Assembly (NCBI GenBank): GCA_009914755.4
Contig: CP086569.2
Span: 6,272,001-6,336,000, forward strand
Length of the DNA: 64,000 bases
Reading direction: 5' to 3'
Origin: the human T2T-CHM13v2.0 reference genome, Homo sapiens
A program made the position numbers and the translations under genes. Positions within the stretch are counted from its first letter, which is position 1. Each line of letters begins with the position of its first letter. This document shows, piece after piece, positions 30,083-43,785 of the stretch. The notes below the pieces were generated by a model. It was not told the DNA's origin, did no database searches, and worked only from the letters and a program-made list of their open reading frames with translations.

Positions 30083-30510
30083 TAGAAGGTGTGTTAGCCC
30101 AGTCTTGCATTGCTATGAAGAAATGACCAAAACTGGATAAATTGTAAAGAAAATAAACCTAATTGGCTAACAGTTCTGCAGGTTTTGCAGAAAGTATGGT
30201 GATGGCATCTGCTGGACTTCTGGTGAGGCCTCTGGGAGCCTTTATTCATGGTGGAAGGCAAAGTGGGAACTGGCACATCACATGGCTTGAGCTAGAGCAA
30301 GAGAGAGAATGGGAAATCCTACAGAGTTTTAAATAACCAGATCTTGTGTGAACCCACTCATCACTAAGGGGATGGTGCTAAGTCATTCATGAGGGATACA
30401 CATTTTCATGATCTAAACACTTTCCACGTGCCCCATCTCCAACAATGGGGATTACATTTCAATGTGAGATTGGATGGGGAAACAGATCCAAATCATCTCA
30501 GAGGGAAACA
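30083..30510 (-). mobile_element. THE1/MST-family MaLR LTR on the minus strand.
   Basis: Reverse complement of the THE1 consensus: 'tgtgttagcccagtcttgcattgctatgaagaaatgaccaaaactggataaattgtaaagaaaataaacctaattggctaacagttctgcaggttttgc...catggtggaaggcaaagtgg...cccatctccaacaatggggattacatttcaatgtgagattggatgggg'. Confidence 0.65.
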
Positions 30511-32559
30511 TCCTTTATGTAATCAGGCAGATAGGAAAACTTACAAAGAACATCGTATTGATGACAGACAGAACAAAATGAATATAGTAGTATTGCATTA
30601 TAGCTAAAATTATAAAATAAATACTTACAAGTCCATACAGATATTAAAAATGAATTAATAAATAGACAAGGGAGAATAGAAAAATCTCCTCTGCAGAAGA
30701 ATTACAAATAATTTGTTAAGATACATTCACCTTAAGGAAGCAGAGCTCATCTCCCAGTTTCTTAGATGTGGTCTTTATATTGTGACTTTCTTCCAAAAAA
30801 TACACATTACAAAGGAATAAAAAAAGGAACTACAGTGTAGCAACTTGACAAACTACCATAGCCAAGTGATTAATATCAACATTAAAAAGTCATATTGATA
30901 GCATATATTCTTGATATACTATGACAAGAAAGGCATTTAATCTCTGTGATCTTGCAACCAGATACCAATTATCCCAGCCTAATGAGAAAAACATCAAAGA
31001 AATTGCAATGTAGGAACATTCTACAAAATAACCTGAACTCCTCAAAACTGTCAAAGTCATCAGAACAGAAATGGAAAATCTGAGAAACCATCATAGCTAC
31101 ATGGAGCCAAAGGAGACATGACTACTAAATATAGTGTGGTATTATGTTTGGGAATCTAAGATAGGAAAAGGACATGCAGTAAAAACTATGAAAATGTGCA
31201 TAAATGTGGACTTTAGTTAATAAGATATCAATACTAGTTTGTTAATTATAACAAATCTATTTTTCTAATATAAGATACTAGTTATAGGAGAAACTGGATG
31301 CAGAGTATATGGAAAACATACGATTTTATTTTTATTTAAAACTGCTCTAAATTATCAAGTTTATAAAAATATTTACTCTACTACTTCTTCCTTAAAAATT
31401 CTAATTAAGTATGAGATAGGCTTAAACTCTTCAAATGAAGACACATAGAATATCTGATGATATTAGGAAAACCAAAGTAATGGAGCTTCACAGAAATTTA
31501 ATTTCATCAAAGTTAGCAATGTGAATGATCAGCCACTCCGGACTAAATTCTGATTCTTTTTTGTACCCTTACAATATTTAATTTGCTAGCTTTAAAAGAT
31601 TTTAACTATGATGTTTCAAACAATTGTTTTAGGAGATATCTGAACATTAACTTGAGCATTGGAAGCTTTTATTATGGTAAAGAGAATTGGTGGAAATAAT
31701 GGTTAATGATGTTTAAAATACTTTTGTGTGTTTATAATACTATCTAGAGAGCCACTTTGCAGAAATGTATATTCAGATTATTAACCCATTTTATGATTGG
31801 GTTATTTAATTATTTAATATTGTGCTATTAGTACTTTATAGGCTCTAGATACAAGTTTTGTTGTTGCTGTTGTTGGATATGTGGTTTGCAAATATTTCCT
31901 CCCAGTCTGTTCCTTGTCTTTTCTTCTTCACATGGACCTTCAAAGAGCAAATGTTTTTAGTTTCAATTTTAATTATGTCCAATGTAGCAAAGTTTTATGG
32001 ATTTGGATTTTGTTATAAAATCTAAGAACACTTTCACTAGCCATAGGACCCAAGGATATTCTACCATGATTTTAATAAAAGTTTTCAGGTGTGTGCTTTA
32101 TATTTAGGTCCATGATCTATTTTGAATGGATTTTTACATGAGGGGTAAGGTTTAGGTCAAGGTTTGTATTTTTTCCCCATGGAAGTTTAGCTCCTCTAGT
32201 GCCAATAAAAATAGAATTAATACAAAATGCATTATATACAAAAACTGGCTCATGATGTTTCATAGACCTAAATATAAAACTGCAAACTAGACAAATTCAA
32301 GGTGAAAATGTAAGAGAAAATGTTTTCCTCTTGGAGTTACAAAAATATATATATTACATATTTTACAAAAAGCATATTCACAGAAGAATAAATCTAGATA
32401 AATTGAACAGTATCCAAACTAAAAACTTCTGCTCTTTCAAATACACTGTTAATAATGGAAAGAAAATTCACACTTTTTCTGGGAGAAAATATTTTCAGAT
32501 CATATATCTGACAAGGGACATATAACCAGAATGTATAAAGGACATTCAAATCTCAACAT

Positions 32560-33470
32560 TGTGTAAACAACAATTTTTCAAAAAAGAACAATACATATCA
32601 ATGGACATTTGAATAAATTAAATATTCATATGGCAAACGAGAATGTGAAAAATTAACCCCATTAGTTATCAGGGAATTGCCAGGGGAAAAACATGAGATT
32701 TCTCCAAACATGCATTAGAATGGCAAAAACATTTTTTTCAATGACATACCAAGCATTGATGAAGATATAGAACAACTGGATCTCTCACATACTGTTGGTC
32801 GGAAAGCAAGATTATATTGCTACTTGAGAAAACTGTTTAGTAGTTACTTAGAACATTAATCATACACTTAACATGTTACCTTGTAATCTTACTGCTAGGT
32901 GATTTCCCAAGTGAAATAAGATTTTAAGTTCACACACGAAAAACAAACTGTACAATAATTTTTACAACTGCTATATTCATAATTGCCAGAAAACAGAAAC
33001 AACATAATTCCCCTTAATGGGTTAATGAATAAGCAGACAACAGTACATCTATCTATACAACAGAATACTACTCGGCAATTAAGGAATCAACTATGAATAC
33101 ACTCAACAACCAACAACATGGATGAATCTCGAATGTATTCTGTAAAGCAAAAACATACATTAAAAGTGTGTATTATACGTAATTTCATTAATATGACATT
33201 CTTAAATAGATGAAACAATAGGAAGAGAAAACTGATGGGTGGTTGTCAGGTACTGGGGGTAAGAATTGATTACAAAGAGCATAATAAAATGTTTTAGGGT
33301 AATGGAACAAATCTATATCTTGCCTTTTCTGATAGTTATATGGTTGGATATATTTGTCAGCAATCATAGAACTCTATAGGGAAGAGGGTACATTTTACTG
33401 TTTGTAAATTATAATGCCTCTCCAACCCACACACACCCTAAAAATACAACATGAAAGAAAACTCAAAACT
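32560..33470 (+). mobile_element. Ancient L1 (L1MA/L1MB-like) 3'-end fragment.
   Basis: 'gggtggttgtcaggtactgggggtaagaattgattacaaagagcataataaaatgttttagggtaatggaacaaatctatatcttg...gtacattttactgtttgtaaattataatgcctc' matches the conserved L1M 3'-terminal region; upstream there is degenerate ORF2 C-terminal similarity. Confidence 0.5.
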
Positions 33471-33919
33471 TTACCTAATAATCAGGCCAAGCTAGAGAAG
33501 AAACAGATCCTTCATATATTATTTTCCAATACCATTAATTAAGTTTTTTTCATTATTATTTTCTAAAATGTTTGTGGATACACAGTACATGTATATATTT
33601 ATAGGGTATGTGATATATTTTGATAAAGACATGCAATGTGAAATAAGTATATCATGAAGTATGGGGTAACTATCCTGTCAAACATTTATGAGTTATAGAC
33701 AATCAAATTACATTCTTTAAGTTATTCTAAAATATACAATTTTTATTGACTGTAGTCATGCTACTGTGCTATCAAATAGTGGGTCTTATTTATTCTATTT
33801 TTTTTTTGTGCTCATTAATCATCCTCATGTTTTCCTCAAACCCCTGCAACTCTTCCCAGTCTCCAGTAACTATCTTCCTGCTTTCTATGACCGTAATCTC
33901 AATGTTATTTATGTTTAGA

Positions 33920-34800
33920 TCCCATAAATAAGTGGGAACATGCAATGTTTGTCTTTCTGTACCTGGCTTATTTCACTTAACATAATGATCTCCAGTTCCA
34001 TTCATGTTGTTGCAAATGACTGAATTTCATTCTTTTTTATGGCTGAATAGTACTCCATTGTGTATATACACCACATATTTTATTCATTAATCTATTGATG
34101 AACACTTAGGTTGCTTCCAAGTCTTAGCTATTGTAGACAGTGCTGCAACAAACATAGGATTGTGGATGTCTCTATTATATATTGATCTCCAGTTTTGGGG
34201 TATATACTAAGCAGCATGATTATTAGATCATAAGATAGCTCAATTTTTAGTTTTCTGAGAAACATAGGAATGCAGATATTTCTTTGATATAATGATTTTC
34301 TTTCTCTTGGCACATACCCAGCAATGAGATTGCTGGATCATATAGTAGCACAGATTGTTCCCAATGTTTTCTTATGATAATTTCACGGTTCAGTCTTAAA
34401 TGTAAGTCTTTAATTCATTGTGATTCAATTTTTGTATATGGTGAGAAATAAGGGTCTAGTATCATTCTTCTGCATATGAATATCCAATTTTTCCAGAACT
34501 ATTTATTGAGGAGAATTCTGTTTCCCCAGTGTATGTTTTTGGCACCTTTATCAAAAATGAGTTTGCTGTAGGTGTGTGGACTTGTTTTGGGGTTCTCTAT
34601 TCTGTTCCATTGTTCTATGTGTTTTTCATGCCAGTACCATGCTGTTTTGGTTAATATAGATCTGTGGTATAATTTGAAGTGAGATAATATGATTCCTCCA
34701 GTTTCGTTCTTTTTACCTAGGTATGGTGTTTGGTGTTGCTGCAATTTGTTATTGTTGCTTTTGTTGCAGCTGCTGCTGTTTATGTCTTTGTGACTTTCCT
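33920..34800 (-). mobile_element. Old L1 3'-region fragments in antisense orientation.
   Basis: Antisense L1 blocks ('cctggcttatttcacttaacataatgatctccagttccattcatgttgttgcaaatgactgaatttcattcttttttatggctgaatagtactccattgtg' ... 'ccagtaccatgctgttttggttaatatagatctgtggtataatttgaagtgagataatatgattcctccagtttcgttctttt'). Confidence 0.5.
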
Positions 34801-34845
34801 AAATTAACTCATTAAGATCTGTGTTATGGTTTGAAAGTTTTTGTC

Positions 34846-35165
34846 CCTCCTACTCCCCACCAAATGCATGTGTTGTAATCTAATCACCAATGCAACAATG
34901 TTAGGAGATGGGATCTTTGAAATATTAGGTCATAATTAGGTCATGAAGGTGGAGTGCTCATGAATAAAATTAGTGATATTATGAAGGAGATCCCAGCAAG
35001 CTTTTTGGCCCTTTCTATCATGAGAGGACACAGAAAGAAGTTGCCATCTATGAAGAAAAATGGTCCCTCGTTAGACAATAAATCTGTTTGTACTGTGATT
35101 TGGACTTCCCAGCCTCCAGAACTGTGAAAAAGACATTTCCGTTTTTTAAAAACCACCCAGACTGA
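34846..35165 (+). mobile_element. MaLR/MLT-like LTR, 3' portion, interrupted at its 3' end by an L1 insertion.
   Basis: '...ggtcatgaaggtggagtgctcatgaataaaattagtg...cctccagaactgtgaaaaagacatttccgttttttaaaaaccacccagactgaagtatttt' is the same family as the copy at 40180-40545. Confidence 0.45.
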
Positions 35166-36010
35166 AGTATTTTTTTTAATTATACTTTAAGTTCTGGGGT
35201 ACATGTGCAGAAAGTGCAGTTTTGTTACATAGGTATACATGTGCCATGGTGGTTTGCTGCATCCATCAACCCGACATCTACATTAGGTATTTCACCTAAT
35301 GCTATCCCTCTCCTCGCCCCCCAGCTCCCAACAGGCCCTAGTGTGTGATGTTCTTTTCCCTGTGTCCATGTGTTCTCATTATTCAACTCCCACTTATGAG
35401 TGAGAACATGTGGTGTTTGGTTTTCTGTTCCTGTGCTAGTTGCTGAGAATGATGGTTTCCGGCTTCATCCATGTCCCTGCAAAGGACATGAACTCATCCT
35501 TTTTTTTATTGGCTGCATAGTGTTTCATGGTATATATATGCCATATTTTCTTAATCCAGTCTATCATTGATGGGCATTTGGATTGTTTCCAAGTCTTTGC
35601 TATTGTGAATAGTGCTGCAGTAAACATACGTGTGCATGTGTCTTTATAGTAGAATGATTTATAATCTTTTGGGTATATACCCAGTAATGGGATTGCTGGG
35701 TCAAATGGTATTTCTAGTTCTAGATCCTTGAGGAATCACCACACTGTCTTCCACAATGGTTGAACTAATTTACACTCCCACCAACAGTGTAAAAGCTTTC
35801 CTATTTCTCCACATCCTCTCCAGCATCTGTTGTTTTCTTGACTTTTTAATGATCGCCATTCTAACTGGCATGAGATGGTATCTCATTATGGTTTTGATTT
35901 GCATTTCTCTAATGACCAGTGATGATGAGCTTTTTTCATATGTTTGTTGGCTGCATAAATGTCTTCTTTTGAGAAGTGTCTGTTCATATCCTTCTTGTGC
36001 AAATGTTTGA
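35165..36010 (-). mobile_element. L1PA-type 3'-end fragment (~850 bp) on the minus strand, with its poly(T) at the left edge.
   Basis: 'ttttttttaattatactttaagttctggggtacatgtgcagaaagtgcagttttgttacataggtatacatgtgccatggtggtttgctgcatccatcaacccgacatctacattaggtatttcacctaatgctatccctc...' is the reverse complement of the L1PA 3'UTR and ORF2 C-terminus. The ORF track piece at 35436-35627 (-) reads [39 protein letters not shown]. Confidence 0.8.
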
Positions 36011-36949
36011 AGACAATCTGCATTCTTTGTTGCATGTGACCACTGAGGTTACTCCACAGAGCCCTGCTAATGATTAAAGAGACATTTCAGTAAAAATTTT
36101 GAATCAATAATCTCCTAACCCAGAGGGCTCAGCATGCATATTTTAGCATAACTTTGACATTCTATCATATAGTTGGGAGCTCTGCCTTTTCCTTCACTTT
36201 CTGCTTACACAGAGTCTCAAGGCAAGATAGAGGTGAAAGTTTAGGGTTTTCTCAGTTTTCTTTTCTGAGTATATACACAACCTTATGTCTGCGTTTCCTC
36301 CTGGATTCCCATGTATATGTCAGAATATTTCAAAGTCCCATATGTAAATCTTGATTTCTCAGCTTTTCTTTTTAAGTTTTTTTATTCCATTCTTTTTGCC
36401 CCAACTGTTATCTGTATTTCAAAAAACTAGGATGCTAAACCATTTTTATTAATTGTTTCTGACAGACTTCCTTGGGAGAAAGACTGTTTCCATGGAATGA
36501 GATCTTAGGCCAAATAAAGACGAGCTCTGCAATTGAGGCATTACATGTACTGCCAAACAGGTCAAATAATGACAATTCTTCAGAAATGATGCTTTTGCAT
36601 GCTTCAAACATTTTCTACTATTTTCAGTTCCTGTTAGGCTGCTAGCTATTTGTGGAACTGTTGGTTTTCAAGGCCACCATGGAACTGGGGAAAGTGGAAT
36701 CAAAATAGGGAGAGTAAAAATGCCACAAAGCTTGCTCTCCTTATTGAGACATAGGTGTTTCTATTGAATAAGTGTCCCTTGGATTGTTGCAAACATTTAG
36801 TTAATTTCCAGAACTCTGAATAGTTCATTTTGACCATTTTTTCCAGTGGTCTTGTTTTAGTTTTTTATGGAGGAACAGATTTTTGAAGGACTTAACTCCA
36901 CAGTTTCTTCTGGAATCACTTTCTCGATATAAATATTAGAGTAAGATTG

Positions 36950-39050
36950 TTTGTGTGTTTTTTTTTAAAGCACACACACAAAAACAAGCAAAAAAAACTT
37001 GCTGGAATTTTTATTGGAAATTCTTTAAACTTATAAATCATTTAGGATAAAATTGACATCTTTATCATGCTGATCTTCCATTTTATAGACATGGTATGTC
37101 TTGCCATTTATTTAATTCTTTGTTTATGTCATTAGCATTTTGTAATTGTCAGCATGAAAAACCTTTATGTTTTGTTAAGCCTCCACCTAAGTATTTAATA
37201 TTTTTGGATAGATTATAAATGATACTTCAGTTTTAAAGATGATTTTCATGTAGTCACTATTGGTATATAGAAATGCAGTTGATTATTGTGTGGTAATTGT
37301 GTATGCTGCAGTGTTGCTACACTCAATTATTACTTTTAGTAATTTTTAAACTTCTCTTTAGTAGACTTGTTGAATGTTCCTGCATCTACAATCATGCATA
37401 TGCAAATAAAAATTTCTTTTTTTTCCAGTTTGTATATATATTATCGTTATTCATTTTCCTATTACAGTTGCCAAAAGTTCTAATATCATGTTGAAAAAGA
37501 GTTAGGAGAATGGACATCCTTGCCTTGTCCCTGAAAGTATTCAGGCTTTCACAATTAAGTATGATGTTAGCTCTAATAAATATGATGCTTCAGTGATGTT
37601 AGCATTTGTAGATGCTCTATATCAAGATGTGTAAGTTTTTCTCTCTAATCCTAGCTTGCTGAGTGTTTGTTGGTTTGTTTTGTGTTTTGAATTGTGTTGA
37701 GTTATATAAAATACCTTTCTGTATCAATTTATATAATCACATGAGTTTTCTTCTTCCTTAGACTGTTGATATGATTTATTATGTAGATTGATTCTTGATT
37801 ATTTAACCAGCCTTGCCTGACATAAATTTTCCAGTCATTGTAAATAACTCTGTTTGTATATTGTTGTACTTCATTCACTAGTATTTTGTTAAAGGTTTTT
37901 GTGTTTATCTTCATAAGGCATATTAGTCTTCTTTAAGTTTTCATTTTTGTATAGTTTTTGTCTGGCTTTAGTATCAGGATAATACTTATCTCATAAAATG
38001 AGATGTTTCTTTTTATTACTTTCTCTGGAAAAGATTATTTAAAGTTGAAATGAATATTTACTAGAAACATTTGAAAAATTAAAATCACCTGATCCTGAAG
38101 ATGAACTTTTCAGGAACATTCTACTTATTAATTCACTTTCTTTAAAGGCTGTACAATGAATATGGTTATGTATTTGGTCTTGTTTGAGTTTTGTTAGTCA
38201 TGGTCTTGAATTCATGAGTATAAAGTTGGTCTTGAATTCATGAGTATAAAGTTCATTTTAGTGTTTTCTAATTATTATTTTATTTCTTCAGGACCTGTTA
38301 CAATATTCCTCGCTTCTTTCATGATGTTGGTGGTTTGTGACGTCTCTCTTTATTTTCATTTATGGTGTTGGTGGTTTGGATCTTCTCTATTTTTATTAGC
38401 CTTGATGGAAGTTTCTAAATATTATTAATATAAAAATAACTATATTTATTTTCTTCATTATTTTCTGGTTATTTGCCTTGATTTCTGTCCATATTATTAT
38501 TATTTCCTTCTTTTTACTTATACTGTTTACTTTGCTTTCCATTTTCTACTTTCTTGAGGTAGTAACTTAGACTATTGACTTAACTTTCCTATTTTTCTAA
38601 TATAAGCACTCAGTAAGATAAATTTCCCTGTCAACATGGATTTAGCTACATACATCAAGTTTCAGGATGTTGTATTTTCATTTAAATCACACACACAAAC
38701 ACATATATTTTTTTCTTTGTAATTTCCTCTTTGAGAGATGAATTATTTAAAAATGTGTCATTTAGCATCCTCAAGTGTTTAAATATTTTCTTTTGTCTTT
38801 CTGGTATTGATTTCTAGTTTGATACCATTATGATCAGATAAAACAATCTTCATATTTTTTTCTTAAATTTGTTGACTCCAGTTTTATGGCCCAAAATATG
38901 TTCTGTGTTGGTGAATGCTTCATGGTCACTTAAAAATATGTGTATTCTGATGTTAGTAGGTAGAGCATTGTATATATGTCCCTCTTTCTCTTTAAATTTT
39001 CCATGTTATTAAATTTGAAATAATTTTGTAAAAACCATGTATTTGGTTGT
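36950..39050 (-). mobile_element. Ancient L1 ORF2 (RT to EN) fragment, antisense.
   Basis: Antisense L1 blocks such as '...gttaggagaatggacatccttgccttgtccctgaaagtattcaggctttcacaattaagtatgatgttagc' and '...atgtgtattctgatgttagtaggtagagcattgtatatatg'. Confidence 0.45.
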
Positions 39051-39099
39051 TTTTTAAAAATTACTTTACCAATCTCTGTGTTTGTTCTTTTTGATAAAT

Positions 39100-40180
39100 T
39101 TCATTTTTAAAATTGTTTTAGGCTTACAGAAAAATTGAGCAGATAGAACATACAATTCCTATATATCCCACACCCATTTTTTATAATTAATAATTTACAT
39201 TAGTATATTTGTTAAAATAAATGAGCCAATATTGACTTCTTGTTATGAACTAAAGTCTATAGTTTAGATTTCCTTCATTTTTACCTGATGTCTTTTTTTG
39301 TGCTCCAGGATCTCATCCAGGATATAATATCGCTCTATTTGCCATGTCTCTTTAGGTAGCTTTTGGCTGTGGCAGTTTCTTGGACTTTTCTTGGTTTCGA
39401 GGACCTTGGCAATTTTCAGAAGTATTTATCAGGTATTCTGTAGGATGTTCCAATATTGGAATTTGATATTTTTATTATAATAAGACTTGGGATTATGAGT
39501 TCTTGGGAGGAATTCCATGGAGGTGATGTTTCACTTCACCACATCATATCAAAAATACATACTATCAATGAGATTTATGACTGTTAATATTGACTTAATC
39601 ACTTGGCTGAGATAATGTGTGTCAGGTTTCCTGCCTGTAAAATTACTCTTTGATTCTGCAGTTTTCTACTCTTTCATTCTCTTCCATTTTGTAAGACAGT
39701 TACTATGTGGCTTATTGAGTGGGAAGTTATATCTACATAATTTTTTTGGAATTCTGCAATTAAAACTTGTCCTTCATCCACATTTACTAATTTATTCAAT
39801 ACTTTATGTATTTCAGTATGGAAAATTGGCTATTTATTTTATACTTGAGATCTAATCCAATACTACTTTCTCTTGTTGCTCTAATTGTTACTATTTTGGC
39901 AATCAGGAACTTTTCAATTGGTGTTTGTCTGCTTGACATACCTGCATCCATAGACATTTCATAGACTTTTTAAAGCACTTCTTTACTTTTTGGCACTACT
40001 TGATGCTGAAAGCTCATGTTCTATATTTCCTGCCCAAGCCCTAAATTCAGTCATTTCTCCAAGTTTCCCTGTTTTCTTTCTTGAGGAATGTATCAAAAAA
40101 CAAAATTTAAGTGACATGTGTGCTAATTGCTACTGGAATTTTATTGCCTGTAGGCCTTTGTTGTTGGCAGATTGCTAGGG
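39100..40180 (+). mobile_element. Ancient L1 (L1M-type) 3'UTR-like segment.
   Basis: Resembles the long L1M 3' ends ('...ctccaggatctcatccaggatataatatcgctctatttgccatgtctctttaggtagc...gtcaggtttcctgcctgtaaaattactctttgattctgcag'). Confidence 0.3.
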
Positions 40181-40545
40181 TCTGAATGTTTATGCCCCTG
40201 TGAAATTTCTTTGTTGAAATCTTCACCCCTAAGGTAATGCTATTAGAAGGTGGGAACCTTAGAATAATTAGGTGATGGGGACAGAGCCCTCATGAAGGGG
40301 ATCAGTGCCCTTATAAAAGAAATCTGAGAGAGACCCTTTGCCACTTCTGCCATGTGGGTTAGAGTGAGAAGAAGGTTATTTACGAGAAAGTAGCCCTTAC
40401 TAGACGCTGAATCTTCTGGTGCCTTGATCTTAGACTCACCAGCTTTCAGAACTGTAAGAAATAAATTTCTAGTGTTTACAAGCCACCCAGCCTATGGTAT
40501 TTTGTTATAGCATCTGGAATGGACTAAGACACAGAACAAGATAAT
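40180..40545 (+). mobile_element. MaLR/MLT-like LTR, near complete.
   Basis: 'gggtctgaatgtttatgcccctgtgaaatttctttgttgaaatcttcacccctaaggtaatgctattagaaggtgggaaccttagaataattaggtgatgggg...gccttgatcttagactcaccagctttcagaactgtaagaaataaatttctagtgtttacaagccacccagcctatggtattttgttatagcatc'. Confidence 0.5.
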
Positions 40546-42030
40546 GGGTGGATATGCTAAACTTTGTATATACACATGTCCATTTATATTTCCATATGTC
40601 TCCATCTGTTATCTATATCAAGCTAAACATGAGTTCATATTGATGTTTCCAATTCCAATTGTTACAAAATGGATCATCACCTTGTTTTTCTGTAATCCTC
40701 TATTCAGTGAAAAACCTTGCTCCCATACTATGACATCCATTTATTTAATTGTTCAATTTCATTATATATGTACAGCAATATCCAAATTAATAACATGTAC
40801 CCCTGTGGACATGATTATGTGAACTAGAGTATAGGGCTTATAAATTAAAAAAATTTATTTTTATTTTGGAAAATGCATATAACAAAATGTGGCATTTTAA
40901 TGATTTTTAAGGGTAAAATTTAGTGACATTAATTATATTACTAACGTTGTACAGCTATCATTACTATCTACTTTGAAAATACTTTTAAGAACCCAAACAG
41001 AAAATCCATACCCACTAAGCAATAACCCTATTGCCCCCTCCTTTCAGCCCTTGGCAATGACCATTGTACTTTTAGTCTGTATGAGTTTGCCTTTTCTGGA
41101 TATTTCATTTTAGTGAAATCATAGAATATTTGCTCTTTTGTGTGTGGATTATTTCACTTATTTTTAAAGTTTATTCATTTGTAACATGTATTAAAACTTT
41201 ATTCCTTTTTTTGGTTGAATAATATTCTATTATGTGTATATAACACATTTTGTTTATTCATTCATTTGTTGGTGAATACTTGGGTTATTTCCACCTTCTA
41301 GAAATTGTGAGTCATGCTGCAGTGGACATAGGCATACAATTATCTGAGTTTCTACTTTCTATTGTTTTGGATATATAATCAGAATTTTAATTGCTGGTGC
41401 ATATGGTAATTTTATGTATACTAATTTGAGGAGAATCCATACTGTTTTTCTCAATGGCTACACCATTTTACATTCCCACCAGCAATGCATTATGGGGCAA
41501 TTTATCCACACCAACAGCAACACTTATTATTTTCTAGGTTTTTTTATCTTTTTATTTTATTAATGTTTATCCTAACAGATATGAAATAATATTTCATTGT
41601 GATTTTGATTTACATGCTAATGATTAGTGATGTTGAACAGTATTTCATGTGCTTATGGGCTATCTTGTATCTTTTTTAGATAAATGTCTATTTAAATCCT
41701 TTGTTTATTTTTGAGCTGAAATGTTTAGTTTTTGTGGAGTTGTGGGAATTCCTTATATATTCTGAATATTAATCTCTTATTTTATATATATATATGATTT
41801 GCAAATATTTTCACCATTTTTCTGGGTTGCCTTTTTACTTAGTTGATAGTTTCCTTTGATGTTCGAAGTTTTAAATATTGATTAAGTCCAATTTATCTTT
41901 TTTTGTTGTTGTTTGTGTTTTTTGTGCCATATCCAATATAATTGTCAGATCCAATACCATGAAGTTCTTTTCCTGTATTTTCTTCAAAGAGTTTCATAGT
42001 TTTAGCTCCTACATTTGGGTCTCTGACCCA

Positions 42031-42347
42031 TTTTTGTTGTTGTTGTGGTTGTTATTGTTGTCTGTTTTGAGACAGGGTCTCACTCTGTTGCCCAGGCTGA
42101 AGTGCACTGGCATCATCTAGGCTCATTGCAACCTCGACTCCTGGGTTCAAGCAATCCTCCCACCTCAGCCTCCCCAGTAGCTGGGACCACAGGGATGTGC
42201 CACTGTGCCTGGCTAACTTTTGTAATTTTGTAAAGGTGGGGTTTAGCCATGTGGCCCAAGCTGGTCTTAAACTCCTGGGCTCAAGTGATCTGCTCGCCAT
42301 GGCCTCCCAAAGTGCTGGGATTACAGGTATGAGCCACCATGTCTGAC
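42031..42347 (-). mobile_element. Alu (S-type) on the minus strand with a (TTG/T)n-converted tail.
   Basis: 'tttgagacagggtctcactctgttgcccaggctgaagtgcactggcatcatctaggctcattgcaacctcgactcctgggttcaagcaatcctcccacctcagcctccccagtagctgggaccacagg...ggcctcccaaagtgctgggattacaggtatgagccaccatgtctgacc', preceded by 'ttgttgttgttgtggttgttattgttg'. Confidence 0.92.
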
Positions 42348-43623
42348 CTCTTATCCATTTTGAATTAACTTTCATCTATGGCATAGTGTAGGCGTCCAAT
42401 TTCATTCTTTCAAGTGTGGATATTGTTTTCCTAGCACCATTTGTTAAAATGACTATCCTTTTCCTAATTCAATGATCTTGGTAATCTTGTCAAAACTAAT
42501 TTGACTGTAAGCCTAAGATTTGTTTCTGGACTTTTTATGTTCTATTTTGTTGGTCTACATGCCTGTCCTTATGCCAGTATCATGTTGTTTTGATTACAGT
42601 AAATTTGTAGTAAGTCTTAATATTAGGAAACATGACACCTCTAACTTTGTTCTTGTTAAGAATTGTTTTTTCTATTCTGGGTTCGTTGTGGCTACATATG
42701 CATTTTAAGATCAATTTTTTTATTTTGTCAAAAAACATCATTGGCAATTTGATAGGAAGTGGGTAGTATTCACATCTTAGCAACATTAATCCTCCCAATC
42801 CATGTAGATGGAATTTTTCCATTTATTTGTTTTCTTTAATTTCTCTCCACCATGTTTTGCAGTTTTCAGTGGACAAGTCTTTTGCTTTCTTGATTAAGTT
42901 TATTGTTAAGTATTACATTCTTTTTGATGCTATTGTAAAGGGAATTATTTTCTTAATTTCCTTTTTGGCTTGTTGTTAGTGTAGAGAAACAATACTGATT
43001 TTTATATGTTTTGCTCATTTGTAATTAAGTTGTTTAGTTGTATATTATTCAGTTGTAAGTGTTGTATATTTTGAATATAATTTTTTACTTGATATATACT
43101 TTGTAAATATTTTCTTCTAATCTATGTGTTCTCCTTTGATTATATTAACAGAGTCTTTCACAGAGAAGACATTTTTAATTTTAGCAATTTATGTCTTTTG
43201 TTTAGTAAATTTAGATCTTTTATATTTAAGGTAATTATTGTTGTGTTAGTGTTTTAGTTTGCCTCTTAATTATTTGTTTTATGTTACCTCTGTTTTTCAT
43301 TTCAATTTTACCTTGTCTTAATTGTCTTTGGCTTGCTTGAATATTTTTGAGGACCCCAACATTATTTTATATAGAACTCCTAAGCAAATCAGTTAGTATA
43401 TACTTTTATTAGGGGTTGTTCTAGGTATCGAATTATACATGTAACTTATTACAGTCTACTAGCATAAATATTTTATTTCTTCATGCGAAGCGTGAAAACC
43501 TTACTTTAAGTTCCTTTTAGTGTCTCACTTTAAATTATCATTTTCATGACAATAGATCATGTTATAATTTTTCAGAAAAAATAAAATTTTTATAACTTAT
43601 AAGGAAAAAATATTTTTATGCCA

Positions 43624-43785
43624 TTTTTTTTTTGAGACAGAGTCTCTGTCACCTATGCTGAAGTGCAGTGGCATAATCTCATCTCACTGCAACCTCTGCC
43701 TCTCAGGTTCAAGCGATTCTCCTGACACAACCTCCTGAGTAGCTGGGATTACAGATGCCTGCAACCTTGCCTGTATGCCAATTTT
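43624..43785 (-). mobile_element. Truncated Alu (roughly one monomer, ~160 bp) on the minus strand.
   Basis: 'tttttttttgagacagagtctctgtcacctatgctgaagtgcagtggcataatctcatctcactgcaacctctgcctctcaggttcaagcgattctcctgacacaacctcctgagtagctgggattacagatgcctgc'. Confidence 0.75.
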
